Shown here: positions 1-13,006 of the stretch, piece by piece | How the letters are laid out: each line of letters opens with the position of its first letter | How positions within the stretch are numbered: the stretch's first letter is position 1 | Source: Conidiobolus incongruus B7586 | Lineage: Eukaryota | Assembly: GCA_000697335.1 (NCBI GenBank) | Contig: JNEM01009957.1 | Location: 1-44,834 of the forward strand | Direction of reading: 5' to 3' | Length of the DNA stretch: 44,834 nucleotides | Notes under the pieces: model-generated | Told to the model about the DNA's origin: nothing | Database searches by the model: none | The model's input: only the letters and a program-made list of their open reading frames with translations | Position numbers and translations under genes: made by a program

Positions 1-3000
1 TCTGCATCCAATAGTGCCACAGCCTCGTAGACTACTCGTGACATTTGGTCGTCAACTGGAAAGAATGTGGGATCAATCGTCATGCAGTAAGTCAAGCAGT
101 CAATAATGCCAATTTGAGCGCTAATAAAAATCTGGCGAATTGGCTTAGAAAATATGTGATTGGATAAGATACCCTAGCAAGATGAGAGCAATGCTTGAGG
201 AGTTTGTCCGGTTAGTTCGCTAAGCAACTTAAAGCAAGATTGAGCGACTTCGCGGACTGCTTTGATAGGACTGGCTAATTCTGTACACATCAAAGTTGAG
301 ATTTTGTTCAGGTTAGCTGTTATTTTATTGTCAGCTCTTGATGATGCTTCTGAATGGCATAATTTGATAATATCTAGAATCAAAGAAGATGTTCGTGGGA
401 AATCTTGGATATAGAGATCTTTACTGGATCCTTTGATAACAGATAGAAGCGCCGTAATAAACCCATTTTCATGGCACAATAACCATTCTCTGTTGAATTT
501 GAATTCGTTAATTATGCATTGAATACCTTTTTGCCCACCATCAGCAATTGGCTTGAAGGTATCAAAACAGAGGGAAGAGAATTTTAATCCAAATGAATGA
601 AACACGGGCAAGTAATTCAACCAATAGGCATTGCCACAAATTACAGTGCACTGCTTGTAAAATTCTTTCAAAATTTCTGTGGACGCATCAGTTACGATAG
701 ATACATCCGAACTAATCGCATTTGAGATGGCTAGAATAAAAACATCAGTAGTTACATTTGATTGATCGTTAATCAAAAATGAAGAGTCGATTGAGTTGAA
801 GTTAATCGCCTCGAAACAAGACAATATAGAGAAAAATGAGATCAAACTTGACATGAGCTCTTGAGCTTGTTGTTTAAGTTCTGGTATTGTCCAGGCGTAA
901 AATATAGACTCAATGAATTTAACGAGAGTTTTGTTTTGTGCATTAAGCTCAGTTTCACTATAATATTTTGGAATTGGGATGTCTAAATTGGACTTGTTTT
1001 CAGTAGCAGATATTATGGTGGGCTGAGGATAGGAAATTTTCGCTGTTTCAGCACTTAGGTGGCTGAAATGCTGATGTAGAGCGCTTTGTAATGAAGCAAT
1101 TTTATCAGAGGAAAGTTTTTCATATTTAATCAAAACTGAAAGAGATTTTCGAATAAAGTTGAAACCATGTGTCTTGTAATTGATTGCACATTTGGGATCC
1201 TTGATGGATTGATAAGCTAATTCAGATACTGAGTTGAGATTTAGTGAGTGCGTTTGGGGTGTTCCTTCAAACTGTAATAGCACTGAATAAGATGACTGGT
1301 GTTCAAATACTTTCTCACTGTTCACTTGGTTTTTTAAATAGATCTTGCTTTTGCCACCCAATCTTCCTAGAAAACCTATTGCAAGTTGTGATAATTGACG
1401 TTGATTAGGGTATCTGTGAATAATCTTGCATATGGGGTCAATTAATGTATCAGTAAGGGGCCAAAAGTATTCTTCAGTTTTTTGGTCAATAACTTGATCA
1501 GTGCATAGCTTGAATAGCTTGATAGCTTGCTCAACGAGAGGAGGCTTGGATTCAAGAGCAAGAGTCAGTGGTTTAACAAAGAGAGGAAAGTTTAAAAACA
1601 CATATTGGGGACGAAGTGGTGTAATCAATATGATTTCCACAATTGATTCTAGAATATGACTGTCAACGCAATTAGAGAGCATAGCAGAAAATTCTTCGAC
1701 CATTGGGATAAACACAGCAGTCATATCTTCGAAAGAAACCTCAGAGCTTTTTAAATGAGCATTTTGAAGTAAACATCTCAATAAGAGCAAATATATTGAT
1801 GAAGTTTGAAGCTGAAGGGTTTTTTGGGAACAAATACGAATAAACTTTACCATGTGTTTTTTAATTATCACTTGATGTGTTTCGGGAAACTTTGCAAAAG
1901 AATCAAAAATCAATTTAAACAGCCTTGAGATGACTACGATGTTCACAGGATCCATTTCATGAAGCCCCTCAAGTTTTTCCATTAGAAAAGACATTAGCGA
2001 ATCAGCAAAAGGTTGACTTAGTGGCTCGTGAAACAATATATATTCCGCTAAATAGCACATATGAGGGAATGATATGAATTGATCAATTAAAAATTTCATT
2101 TGCGAATTGAACAGTTCATGAATCAAAGGAATATCATTAAAGTAAAGAAGTTTGGCGAATCGCTCTAAAATCTCTCTTTCTTCATTTGATAAAGTGCTAT
2201 TCTCCCAAGGGAAGCTATTCAGAATATTTGACCCAGGTTCTTTCAAATTCAAATGGTTAAGGTTATAATAATTGAAGCATCTTAATCCCTCTTTGAATAT
2301 TCTTATGAATAAATCCATTTCCTCTGGAGTTGCTCCCATTAAAGCACGAGGAACTGTTGCAGTGCCTGTATTAATCATTAGTGGACATTGTTTTAAGTTG
2401 GCTAGTAACGATTCTAATCCAAGGATAATTTGTTTAAATAAGAATCTAGCATCTTTAACGACGTCATCAATATGAATTTGCACAGATGACGATCTAAACG
2501 TTTGTCTAAGTTTGTCAAAATCAAGATCTTCAATATTTTCAGGAGTTAAGTCAGTTATTGGAGGGGCAAGGTTGACAATAATGCCTTTTTTCATAATCAA
2601 ATATTGCTTATGAGCAGTAGAATATAAAATATTCAAAGTTTCCATTTTGCTACAAAGGGTGTCCATAATTTTCAATATCAAATTACGTGCTAAATTCTAT
2701 GTCAATTATATATCAATTTGAGGTATAATGCTAATTACCTTGATCCTTATTAGGGATTCTTACGACACCATAAGCGATATTAGATAATAATTTTGCACAC
2801 ATTGTTTGGATACCAGAAAAATGCATTGGATCATGGAAAATAGTTGAAAATAAGGTTACTGCTTTAAACAACTGATCAGGTTGCAAGTCATTACGGATGT
2901 GGTGTATAAGATCTGCGAGCATACTAACTACTACAGGCCTTTATATCAATTAGTAATATGCTTGATCGATTATTATATAATTCATACCTCAAGGTTTCAT

Positions 3001-4400
3001 GTGAAGTAACACCGTTTCCATAGAAAGTTCTTTCGTCCAATAAAGTATTTAAATGAGGAATCAAATATGCTCTCATATCAGTCTGAACAAAATGCTTGAC
3101 AGCCATCAAAAGATCCTATTTAAAGATATTAGGCACTGATAGACTGCTGAATGAATTGATATACCTTTCTAGTTGATGTAGCATCGGTTGGACAGTCATA
3201 AAGAAGTCTAATGATGTTTTCGGCAATAACTGGAGCATATTTCTGAGTTTGAACTGGGTGAGTTCTTAAGAAAAATGCCAAAAGTGACAATATCTATAAA
3301 ATAATATTATATTATATTTTTATGAAAAAATCCATTGAATTTATTTACTCTTGATTGCGCATTGAAAAACTCAGAATATAATAATTTATTCTTGATTAAT
3401 GGAGTCATTCCAAAAAGAATTTGGTTATTTTGTTGAGCAGCAGCTCTTGCCTGGAGTTGTGGCTGGGGTTGGGTCTGAAGAATCTAATATTCAATAGATT
3501 AAAATATGTTAAGATGATATATATATAAGAATTACCTCAATAATAACGGGACATAGTTTTAGTACGCTGTCATCCAAATTACCATAATTTTGCATTAACA
3601 TAACAAAGAAAACTGGTATTTCAGCCATAACTTGAAAACTAAACATACTCGGAGCTAATCTTTTAACAGGAGTTTCTGGGATTTCTCCAATTGGAGAAAT
3701 GGCAGATGGAGATTTGATATTGGGATTTGTATTCTAAAATATAAAAATTCAGTAAATGAAAAAAAAATTATTAAAATAAAATGTTTACTGCATCAGCCCC
3801 AGTATCAACTTTGTCAAACGAATCAACCACGCTTTGTTTAAAATTTTGAAATATTTGATAAACCAAATCGTAAAATGGTTGAACATATTTGATCATTTCA
3901 ACTTTAAACATTCTGAATAATTCGTTTAAAATTTTTAAACAAATCACTGCATTATCTTCGTTATCCGTTTTTAAAATCTCGAGACAAAGTTTAGCTAATT
4001 CATCGCAGTGCTTTCTAGTGGTGTCATTTAAAGGGAATCGATGTAAAACTTCAAGAGTATAATTTCGTAATTTCTAATTAGATCAAGATTAAAAAAGAGA
4101 AACATAAAAATAATAATAATTAAGTACTAATTGAGGTCCATTAATTGAAAATTCAGGTTTAGTGTTAGATAATATTTGTGTAAATACGGGGATTAAATAA
4201 GAAGAAAATCTAGCAGATTCCGTGGAATTGAATATTTCAGGAGAGTCTCTTAATTCGACAAGGACAGCTTCTTTAACTTGAATACCTAAAAAATATAATT
4301 AATATATAATATTAATATATAGGTACTGGAATGTACTAAGATTGGGATCTGATAATCTGTTAGCATATAACTCTGCACTCAATATTGTGTTGTTCGGCAT
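1..4400 (-). CDS. TRA1: Transcription-associated protein Tra1/TRRAP (SAGA/NuA4 PIKK pseudokinase), N-terminal HEAT region; continues past window start; contains in-frame TAG at 174-176
   Basis: ATG at 4400 (MPNNTILSAELYANRLSDPNL); 8 GT-AG introns join in frame to give Tra1-typical segments [116 protein letters not shown]. The large exon includes ORF 174..2681. Confidence 0.93.
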
Positions 4401-4515
4401 TTTTATAGTAATTTCATTAAATCAAATTCGGTTTGATGTTTTTGTTTTTGAGTGATAATTAATTTGTATAAAATTGGTATTAAATTTTATTACCCCTATA
4501 TATAATGACGAAATT

Positions 4516-4536
4516 AATCATGTGAAAATCATGTGA
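4516..4536. promoter_or_regulatory. Tandem AATCATGTGA x2 (CATGTG E-box-like) in the divergent TRA1/ALKBH7 promoter
   Basis: Identical 10-mers at 4516-4525 and 4527-4536, with ATTGG at 4561. Confidence 0.4.
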
Positions 4537-4927
4537 TAATTTTCTCTGTTCTTCCTATTGATTGGATTATTTGTTGAAGTTTTTTTTTGTAGAATATAAA
4601 TTTTAATTTTTTATTAAATTATTCGTTTTGTGATATATTCGGTGAAGGAATTTAATCTGAATATATTATAAAAAATTAAATGATTATACTTCAAAAAAAA
4701 TTATTATATAACTTGATATTATAAAAAATAAATTAAAATTGAAATTTAGTTATTTACATTATATAATGATATATCAAATACTTAAAGAAATTAAATTATA
4801 TAATCATATTTAATACATGAATGACTATTAATGAAATTTAAGCCATAATGAAAATAACTTAGTCCCATAACTTTAAAATTTCAATATAAATTTGCAATCA
4901 ATACACTTAATAAATAATATCAACAAA

Positions 4928-5878
4928 ATGAAATCTAGATTATATAAACTTGTGCTTAATAAGAATCACCTAAATAATTTTTGTTTTTCTTCATCATTAT
5001 TTAATATCCGAACTTATTTAACTGCAAACATCAACAATTATAAATATTATGAACATATTGATTCTGATAATTTGAAATATATTGATCCCGTTAAAGTGCC
5101 ACAAACTCCTAATGAAAAATTTAATCCCAAAGATTTTTTGATAATTCCTGATTTTATCACCAAAGCAGAAGAGGAGCTTTTAGTTGAAAAATCCAACTTC
5201 AAACTTAGAAGAATAAGACATTATGAAGATAGTCATTTTGATGGGGTAATTCAAAATTACAAAGAGATTACTGTTTCCGATTGGACCCCTTTTCAAGAGG
5301 AAGTCAATCCTATTCTCGAGCGTGCTAAATCTTTAATTCAAGATAAATCAATTCACTGGCTACCTACCCATATCTTAGGTATATCTTTGACTTTACTACT
5401 TGAGAATTTTTCTAACTTGTTTCACAGATTTGGATAGTAAAGGTGGCATAGATCCCCATGTAGATAATATTCAGGTATATAAACATTTAAATTTTTGTGT
5501 TTTATATTAATTGCATATAGGCATCTGGCGACTATATAATGGGACTTTGCCTGTTATCAGATTCTGTAATCGTATTTAAGAGTGAAGACTATCATTTTGA
5601 AGTTTTATGTAAAGCTAGAAGCTTGTATTTACAAAGGTTAGACCGACCAATTAGACATCGATTACATTTCTAATTTATCAACAATATTCAATAGAAACAC
5701 TATTCGATATAACTTTACCCATGCTATTCCTTCTCTACCCAAAGATCACCAGTTCAAAGGTCAAGTGATTGAAAAGAAACGTAGAATTAGTTGGATGCTC
5801 AGGGTATTTTCTATATATCATTGATTTATTTATATAACTAAACTTCAATTTTAGGATATGAAACCTCTTCATCAATAA
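4928..5878 (+). CDS. ALKBH7: AlkB homolog 7-like Fe(II)/2-oxoglutarate dioxygenase, likely mitochondrial
   Basis: ATG 4928, basic N-terminal presequence; YEDSHFDGVIQNYKE; after splicing HILDLDSKGGIDPHVD (HxD), IMGLCLLSDSV, RSLYLQRNTIRYNFTHAI, RRISWMLRD; 4 introns; TAA 5876-5878. Confidence 0.9.
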
Positions 5879-6260
5879 CTTAAACTAAGTCAAATGAATA
5901 TTTATTTTTCAATTTAACAAATTAATGATTAAAAATAAAAATTTTAAATGATATCGAATTATTTGAAATATTAATTAATTTAAGCTAGTTAAAATAATAC
6001 AATAATGTATATCATCATTTTAAATTAATAGTCAAAGTAAATAATTTGAAATTTATAATTAAATCATTCAACACCATATTGATGATTATAAATTTATATA
6101 CTTATAAATCATCAGATTATAATAATTTTGTAGGGAATTTTACATTTAAGAATATTTTCAATATATACAATAAAATTTTTCATCAAAATTTATTACTAAA
6201 ATTTATTAGTGAATTAAATAAATTAAATTTTCATTCTTAAGTTCTATTATTTTAATCAAA

Positions 6261-7400
6261 TTAATTAGATAAACTGTTGCGGCGATCAATTGAGCTATCA
6301 TTAGATTGGGGATCTTGTATAGTAATTGCATCAAATTTAGGCAGCATACTTCCATCAATCACCCTATTTAACTTGGTTTGATTTGCTAAGTTTTCCAAAG
6401 CCTTTGGTAGATTGGTGTATGAAAGATTGGGATAGGGCTTAGTCTGGTTCATTTGAATCTTTTGCTCTATTATTGATGGATTCTCTTCACAATCCTCTTC
6501 GATAAAATCTTCTTCCGAGCTGTATACTACAGGGATGCTCTCTTGCCACTTCCTTATCGCTCTCCAATCCTGTAGATCGTCATTGGATTCGACAGTTGCA
6601 AGATTCTTGGATGTAGTGGAACCTGTTTCATCAGCTGAATCATGAATTTCCTCAATGTCATCATTGATGCTGCTTCCATCAAAACTGGAATCAAATTCAC
6701 TACTATCTTCATCAATACTACATATTGGTAGGTTGCTATCATAATGAAGGGGAGGTGTGGGCATTAATTGGTCCTGATTATCAAAGAACTTGGCAGCAGA
6801 TTCTGGATCAATGCCGCACTCTTTAGATAGTCGATGACGAATAGAATCGGTGCATCCTACATTCACTAGTTCATTATGCAGCTTACCATCTAACAGATCT
6901 ACTAGCTCAAACCATTGCTTAAACGTGACTGTTAAGCCAAAATTCAAGAAATAGATTAATTCAAACTCCATCCTATTCACCTCTTCAAGATGGAATATCC
7001 CATTGCTGACCTCAGCCCAGGTGTGATTATGATAAGCATCGTCGTATAAATATTTATTGGCTACAATTAAGGCTGCTAGAAACAGACGATGACCTGAGCC
7101 ATGAGCACCTTTGCACGTTGGGTGCTTTTGCTTCAATCGTATTAGATAGAGGATAGCAAGCACCACATTTGTAAAGCTTAACTGACATCGGTGGATAATC
7201 ATCCAGCCAAAATCGGCTAACGGAGGCAGCTGAGGCTGCTTCAATTGAGTAGTTGGAGATTCATCTGTATTGGGACCACATTTGAATAAATTTTCAATAA
7301 TCCTGTCGGCCAAGTCCAAAAAATCAGCCAGCAGCTGCTGTCTAACAGCCGATTTCAACTGAGTCTTTACATGATTATTCTTTTTAATCGATTCATCCAT
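6261..7400 (-). CDS. PCL/PHO80-family cyclin (Pho85 cyclin-like) with acidic C-terminal tail
   Basis: Intronless 379 aa ORF; cyclin box AILYLIRLK...HRLFLAALIVANKYLYDDAYHNHTWA...EVNRMEFELIYFLNFGL. Confidence 0.9.
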   Translation of the reverse strand: MDESIKKNNHVKTQLKSAVRQQLLADFLDLADRIIENLFKCGPNTDESPTTQLKQPQLPPLADFGWMIIHRCQLSFTNVVLAILYLIRLKQKHPTCKGAHGSGHRLFLAALIVANKYLYDDAYHNHTWAEVSNGIFHLEEVNRMEFELIYFLNFGLTVTFKQWFELVDLLDGKLHNELVNVGCTDSIRHRLSKECGIDPESAAKFFDNQDQLMPTPPLHYDSNLPICSIDEDSSEFDSSFDGSSINDDIEEIHDSADETGSTTSKNLATVESNDDLQDWRAIRKWQESIPVVYSSEEDFIEEDCEENPSIIEQKIQMNQTKPYPNLSYTNLPKALENLANQTKLNRVIDGSMLPKFDAITIQDPQSNDSSIDRRNSLSN

Positions 7401-9680
7401 AATGTTTCAATAAAACAAGAATTAAATAAAACAAGCCATATAATAAAAAAAATGGAAAAGAAAATTAAGATGAGAATGAGGGATATGTAGATTATATATA
7501 TGATGTTACGATGGAATTAAAGTTGTTAGAAAATTAAACAGATAAATTGGAAAATCTAACCAATATTGAATATTGATCTTATTCTAACCTTAAATTTATT
7601 AAACAAGTGTTTTATAACTGATTTATTAGCTATTTTTACTATGTTTAAATTCATTTTTTGTTGACTCATTGTTGTTATTCATTAAAAATTACCGATTTAA
7701 AATTCTAACAAATTATGACTAAAAATTTATAAATCAATCAAACAAATTCAGTGATTGGTCCATTCAGCCTCTTGATGATATTTAAATAGTATGGGGTATT
7801 TAATCTTAATTATTGTGATTATTATGAAGTATTCGCTCTATATATTCCCCACACTGTATCATTTTCAACCAAATCACTCTCTTTTATATTAAATTTCCTT
7901 ATTAGGATTAACGTGACTGTATTAAACTTCCTTAAATATCTCATCCCTTTTCTTAATGATATTTCAATTTTATTTCAACATTATACTATATTTAATTAAT
8001 TAATTAATTTAAATTGATTTAATTATTTATGATTTCATAAGTATTCAATTATCACTATTATTAACGAAGCTATTGATATTAAATATATTATCATTCACCA
8101 AAGTAATCAACTGTATTTTTATCATTAATTGAAATGATATTATAATATTCATCAACTAAATCAACATTATAATGTATTTTTAGTGTAACTCGTTTGATAC
8201 GATATGATTTTATATTAAATATAATGGTTTTATTAATCCATATTTATACATTATCATATGAAATATTTTTAGTTAAAAGCATAATTGGATTAAATAGACA
8301 TTGCCTAAATGATAACACAATAAAAGAGTACTTTAAAGACTAATTATTAAATAAATCAGAAATTTACAAAATTATAAGATGAAATTAAACAATTTATATT
8401 GTTTTTTATAATGATGATTGTACATATAAAGGTTGGTTTTGTTATATAATTTATATATTTTTCATTGATTTAATATAATATATACTTTTAATGATATATA
8501 CTATCATTTTTATTTGAAAAAATTAAATCCCCAATATGACTTAAAAGTTATATGATGTAATTCAGCAAAATCCTATTAATAATCATTAAAAATCTGAAAA
8601 TTTCCATTGTTATTTAACCTCTGATAATATATATCTAATTTTATATTAGCCAATAATAGACTTAATGCAATAATGATTTACTATGTAGCATCAAATAAAA
8701 TTGTATTTCGTGTACTCATTAAACAAATTAATTCCTTAGATTATCTAAACATTAATTTTACTGGAATACTACTTGTAACTAAAATTAACTAGTCTGTATT
8801 TACAATGAAAATCACTTTAAAATTTGATACTATCGATTATAAATAAGAAACTATAAATATTAAGTTTTGATTATAAAAATATATCCCCATTATAAAGCCA
8901 AAAAAATCAACAACTATTATAATTAAATGAATTTAAGTTGATATTTTGAAGAACTTGAACTATTCATATTGATGATTAATTACTTTTTCTAATTTTGAAG
9001 TATACATGCGGAAATTATTTTATATCATGAATATTATTGTGTAATTATTTATATCATAAATTGTAAAGTATTTGAGTTATATTATATATTTGACTGATTA
9101 GTCAATTTTACACTTATTACTATCAATATAAATTCAAGCAATTTTAATAAATCACATTACAAATTTATATTCATTAATATTTTTATATCATTTTGGAAAA
9201 GAGTTCATAGATAAAATATATTTTTATTGTTAAATTCAGTTGCAAAAATAGCATTTATATTGACTTGAAATCAACTTTCTATAATTAAATATTTTTATAT
9301 TTTGAATTATAAATTAGATATATAATTTATCAACTATTAAAAATTAATATTTAATTTTTGAAGATTAACAAATTATACTTCTGAATTCAATTAAATTAGT
9401 TATGATTTTGGTTATTATAGCTATTCTGAAATATTTTTTAATGTGCTTGATATGTGTAATTAGATGATAATATTAATTATATTCGTTTGAATAATGTTTA
9501 AATTATATATATATATATATGAAAATTATTTGAAATAATACAAGATTAGTGAGAATTGCGGTGATTTGAATTATTAATCAAATTTATTGGTCCCATTAAT
9601 GTTCTAGAAAGAAAATAAATTATAAATTTAGATTTTGAATTAACTGTAATAAATTCAATTAACTTCAATAATATATTAAA

Positions 9681-10166
9681 ATGACTCTTGTTAAGCTTTT
9701 ATCCTCTGAAAACACTCCTTTTACCGTCGAAAAAGATGTTATCATTCGCAGTGTTTTAATTAAGAATATGCTGGAAGATATTGGTGACTCTGGAACTCCC
9801 ATTCCTTTACCTAATGTCACTGGTCCTATTTTATCCAAAGTCATTGAATATTGTAATCACCATAGGAACGACCCCTTGGTTGTTGAGGATGATACCAATG
9901 ACAATAAGACAAAGTCCTCTGATGATATTGAACCTTGGGACCACCAATTCTGTAAAGTTGACCAAGGTACCTTATTTGAACTCATTTTAGCTGCTAACTA
10001 CTTAGATATCAAGCCTTTATTGGAACTCACCTGCAAAACAGTTGCCAATATGATCAAAGGTAAAACACCTGAAGAAATCCGCAAAACCTTCAATATTGAA
10101 AATGACTTTACGCCTGAAGAAGAAGAACAAATTCGTAAGGAAAACCAATGGTGTGAGGATCGCTAA
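9681..10166 (+). CDS. SKP1: SCF ubiquitin ligase adaptor Skp1
   Basis: 161 aa; [85 protein letters not shown]. Confidence 0.99.
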   Translation: MTLVKLLSSENTPFTVEKDVIIRSVLIKNMLEDIGDSGTPIPLPNVTGPILSKVIEYCNHHRNDPLVVEDDTNDNKTKSSDDIEPWDHQFCKVDQGTLFELILAANYLDIKPLLELTCKTVANMIKGKTPEEIRKTFNIENDFTPEEEEQIRKENQWCEDR

Positions 10167-13006
10167 AACTTTGTAAATCATTGCTCATTTCTAATCTCGT
10201 TTGTTTTACTATTAAATTCATAATTCTTCATCGTCAGCCTATTTGCTTTTTACCTTTATCTGGTTCCTATGGAATTTTTACCGATTATTTTCATATGCAT
10301 ATAATTTTATATTTTTATATTTATATTCTAAAAAACCATTCTCAACTATTCACTTTTAATTTAGCATTATATACATTTTAGCAATGCTTAAATTTCCACA
10401 TCTAACTTACAGTATTTTTCAATTTTTCACAGATATAATTTCTATTCTTCCTTAATACATAAAATTGAGCAATTTAATAACGTTATCAAACATTTTATAC
10501 AATAATATTTTAACTAGTACAATAATCATAATATATTTCGCACTAACTTGATCAAAATTATACTTATAATCTCTTTCAAATTTGTTAAATATTTCTATTA
10601 TCGAGATAATTAAATTTTTTGCTAAAAATGTAAAATTATCTTCAATATACATTATCAGGACCAGGCCTCAAGAATATTAATTATATAATACAACTAAATT
10701 AATGCTTTTAATCCTATTTAATGAAATTAATGTAATTTAGCATCATTCACTGTAATGAATTCAAACAATACTGATTCATATATGTCTTCTGGTTCAAGTA
10801 TAATGTACATCAACAATGTGACTTTTGGAATATTAACATTATCCAATTATTATTAACATCATAATGTAACTAACAGGGAACTGTAAAAATAAATGATTAT
10901 ATTATGTTTTAAGAATGTTTTTAATATAGTTTAATTTTAACTTTTAATTTTTGTAATACTATATTATTAATAAATATTTTAAAATATCATTTTAAACCAT
11001 TTATAATAACAATGAAAAATACTGATATATAAACTTGAATATCTTTAATATTGAAAATTTGAAAATTAAATTTATACTAAATTCTTTAATATAATTTCTA
11101 AATTCATTATACAACTTACACATAATTATATATATATATGTTATTTTTTCAGATTTACATTAATTAATGCATTTTACTAAAAAGAATTTACTAATGGAGA
11201 GTACTATACACACAAATTTAATCATTAAACTTTATATTCAATTTCAATTTATAATATAAATTTAAATCATTTTTAAAATAATTATAAATATAAATTTTCT
11301 AAATTAATTAACAAACCTGTGAAGGTAATATAAATATAAAATTTATCAGGTTGTAAATGATTTCTAATTATTTAAAACATAAAATTTGAATGAAAACATT
11401 CATGGTTATCATATAAATGATTTTAGTATATTATGTAAATATATTAATCTGGTTTATGTCTAAATGAGTTATTGAAAATAGGTTCTCTGATGTTAAAATA
11501 AAACTAAGATTGGTTTATATTAGGTACTTTGAGAATTTGAATTACATTATTCAATTTATATTATACCACAAAACTATAAAATACTTTCAATATTGAATTA
11601 CATAAGGATATTTGCTCTTCCTCAAATTTCATTTTAACTGTTTCAATGCTTTATAGATCGAATACTAGATCTGTATTTTTTTATATAACTGAATAGACAA
11701 ATTTATATCATTATAAAAGATGATATTGTCATATTTTTATCAAATATTACTCTTTTTAGGGTTAATATTTTAATTGTTAGATAAATTTTCAATCTTTTCT
11801 CGATCTAATTTCATAATGTCTACATTTTTAATTAAGTTTTAATATAGAGAAATCTAAAAAGTCAATTATTAATGAAAAAATACTTATTATTGGTAATTCT
11901 ATAGACGTTGTTAATTATATATATATATATATATATTGTGAAAATGGTGTATTTTTTAATTAATATGATTAATTTTTGTAATATTTAAAAATCTTAAGTT
12001 GGAGGAATAAATTATATTGAATTGTCAAATATTGTCTTAATGAAAATATATATTGAGAATTGATATTACTTTCAATCATAATGCAGAATTTAAATCAATC
12101 TAATAAATATTAAAGATCCAACCTCTTTTCAATTATTTCATATTTTATATTACTTTTTTCCCCATTAAGAATTTATAAATTTCAATTTAATAAAAAATCT
12201 TCAATGTCTAATTTAAATTGTATTCAATTTGCTAAACTCAATTTTAAAGTTTTTAATAATTGTTTTAACATTGAACAATTAGGAATTCTTATAATAATCA
12301 GATTCAAGGTTGTTAAATATTATTTTTTAATATATTTCTAATTAAAACTGATAAAAATTCAACAGTTTGACTATATATATGATTATAATCAATTTGAAAT
12401 TTATGAGTTGTTTAGGTGTTTAAATGTAATCAAGTGGATTGAATAGGAGTATGATTGAGGAGTTGGTAATCATTGTGGGTGATAAAAATACTGGTCTAAA
12501 ATAGCAAGAAATTAATACATCACTCATACTTTAGCACATGAACTAAGAATACAGAGTTTAATTGATTCTTATATTATACGATATCTTTGGATGAAATAGG
12601 CATATAAATTTGATTTTTTATAATATTTATATTAAATTGAATTAATAAAAATCCATTATTAATTAATCTTATCTTGATTGGTTGAAAAATAATAACCAAT
12701 CAGTGGCAAAAATTGCTCCAAAATCATCCAACATTTGTGATTGGATACACAACATCACTTATTAATAGATGTTATGGTATCATTCTTCGATTTATCCTTA
12801 ACAAATACTAAATATCAGTTATATACTTAGCTAAAAGCAATTAAGATCAGTTCATATTAAATATAATCTAAAATATACTCTATATAATTATCACAATATT
12901 TGAAAAGAGATGAGTTACTTCAATAAGTATACTTTTTATTACATATTTCTTTCAATTTGATTAACCAAATTCTTTTAGTAACTCTAATTCTCCTTATTTA
13001 AGAAGA

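Noticed and set aside
121..172. Apparent intron GTATCT...TTTATTAG in TRA1
   Set aside because: It starts after the TAG so cannot remove it, is 52 nt (frameshifting), and its sequence translates to conserved Tra1 residues (IFSKPIR).
6046..6240. Short AT-rich ORFs in spacers (also 10181, 10452, 30286, 32030, 34326, 34518, 34746)
   Set aside because: Composition (I/F/L/N/Y/K-rich) is what random AT-rich DNA yields; no motifs.
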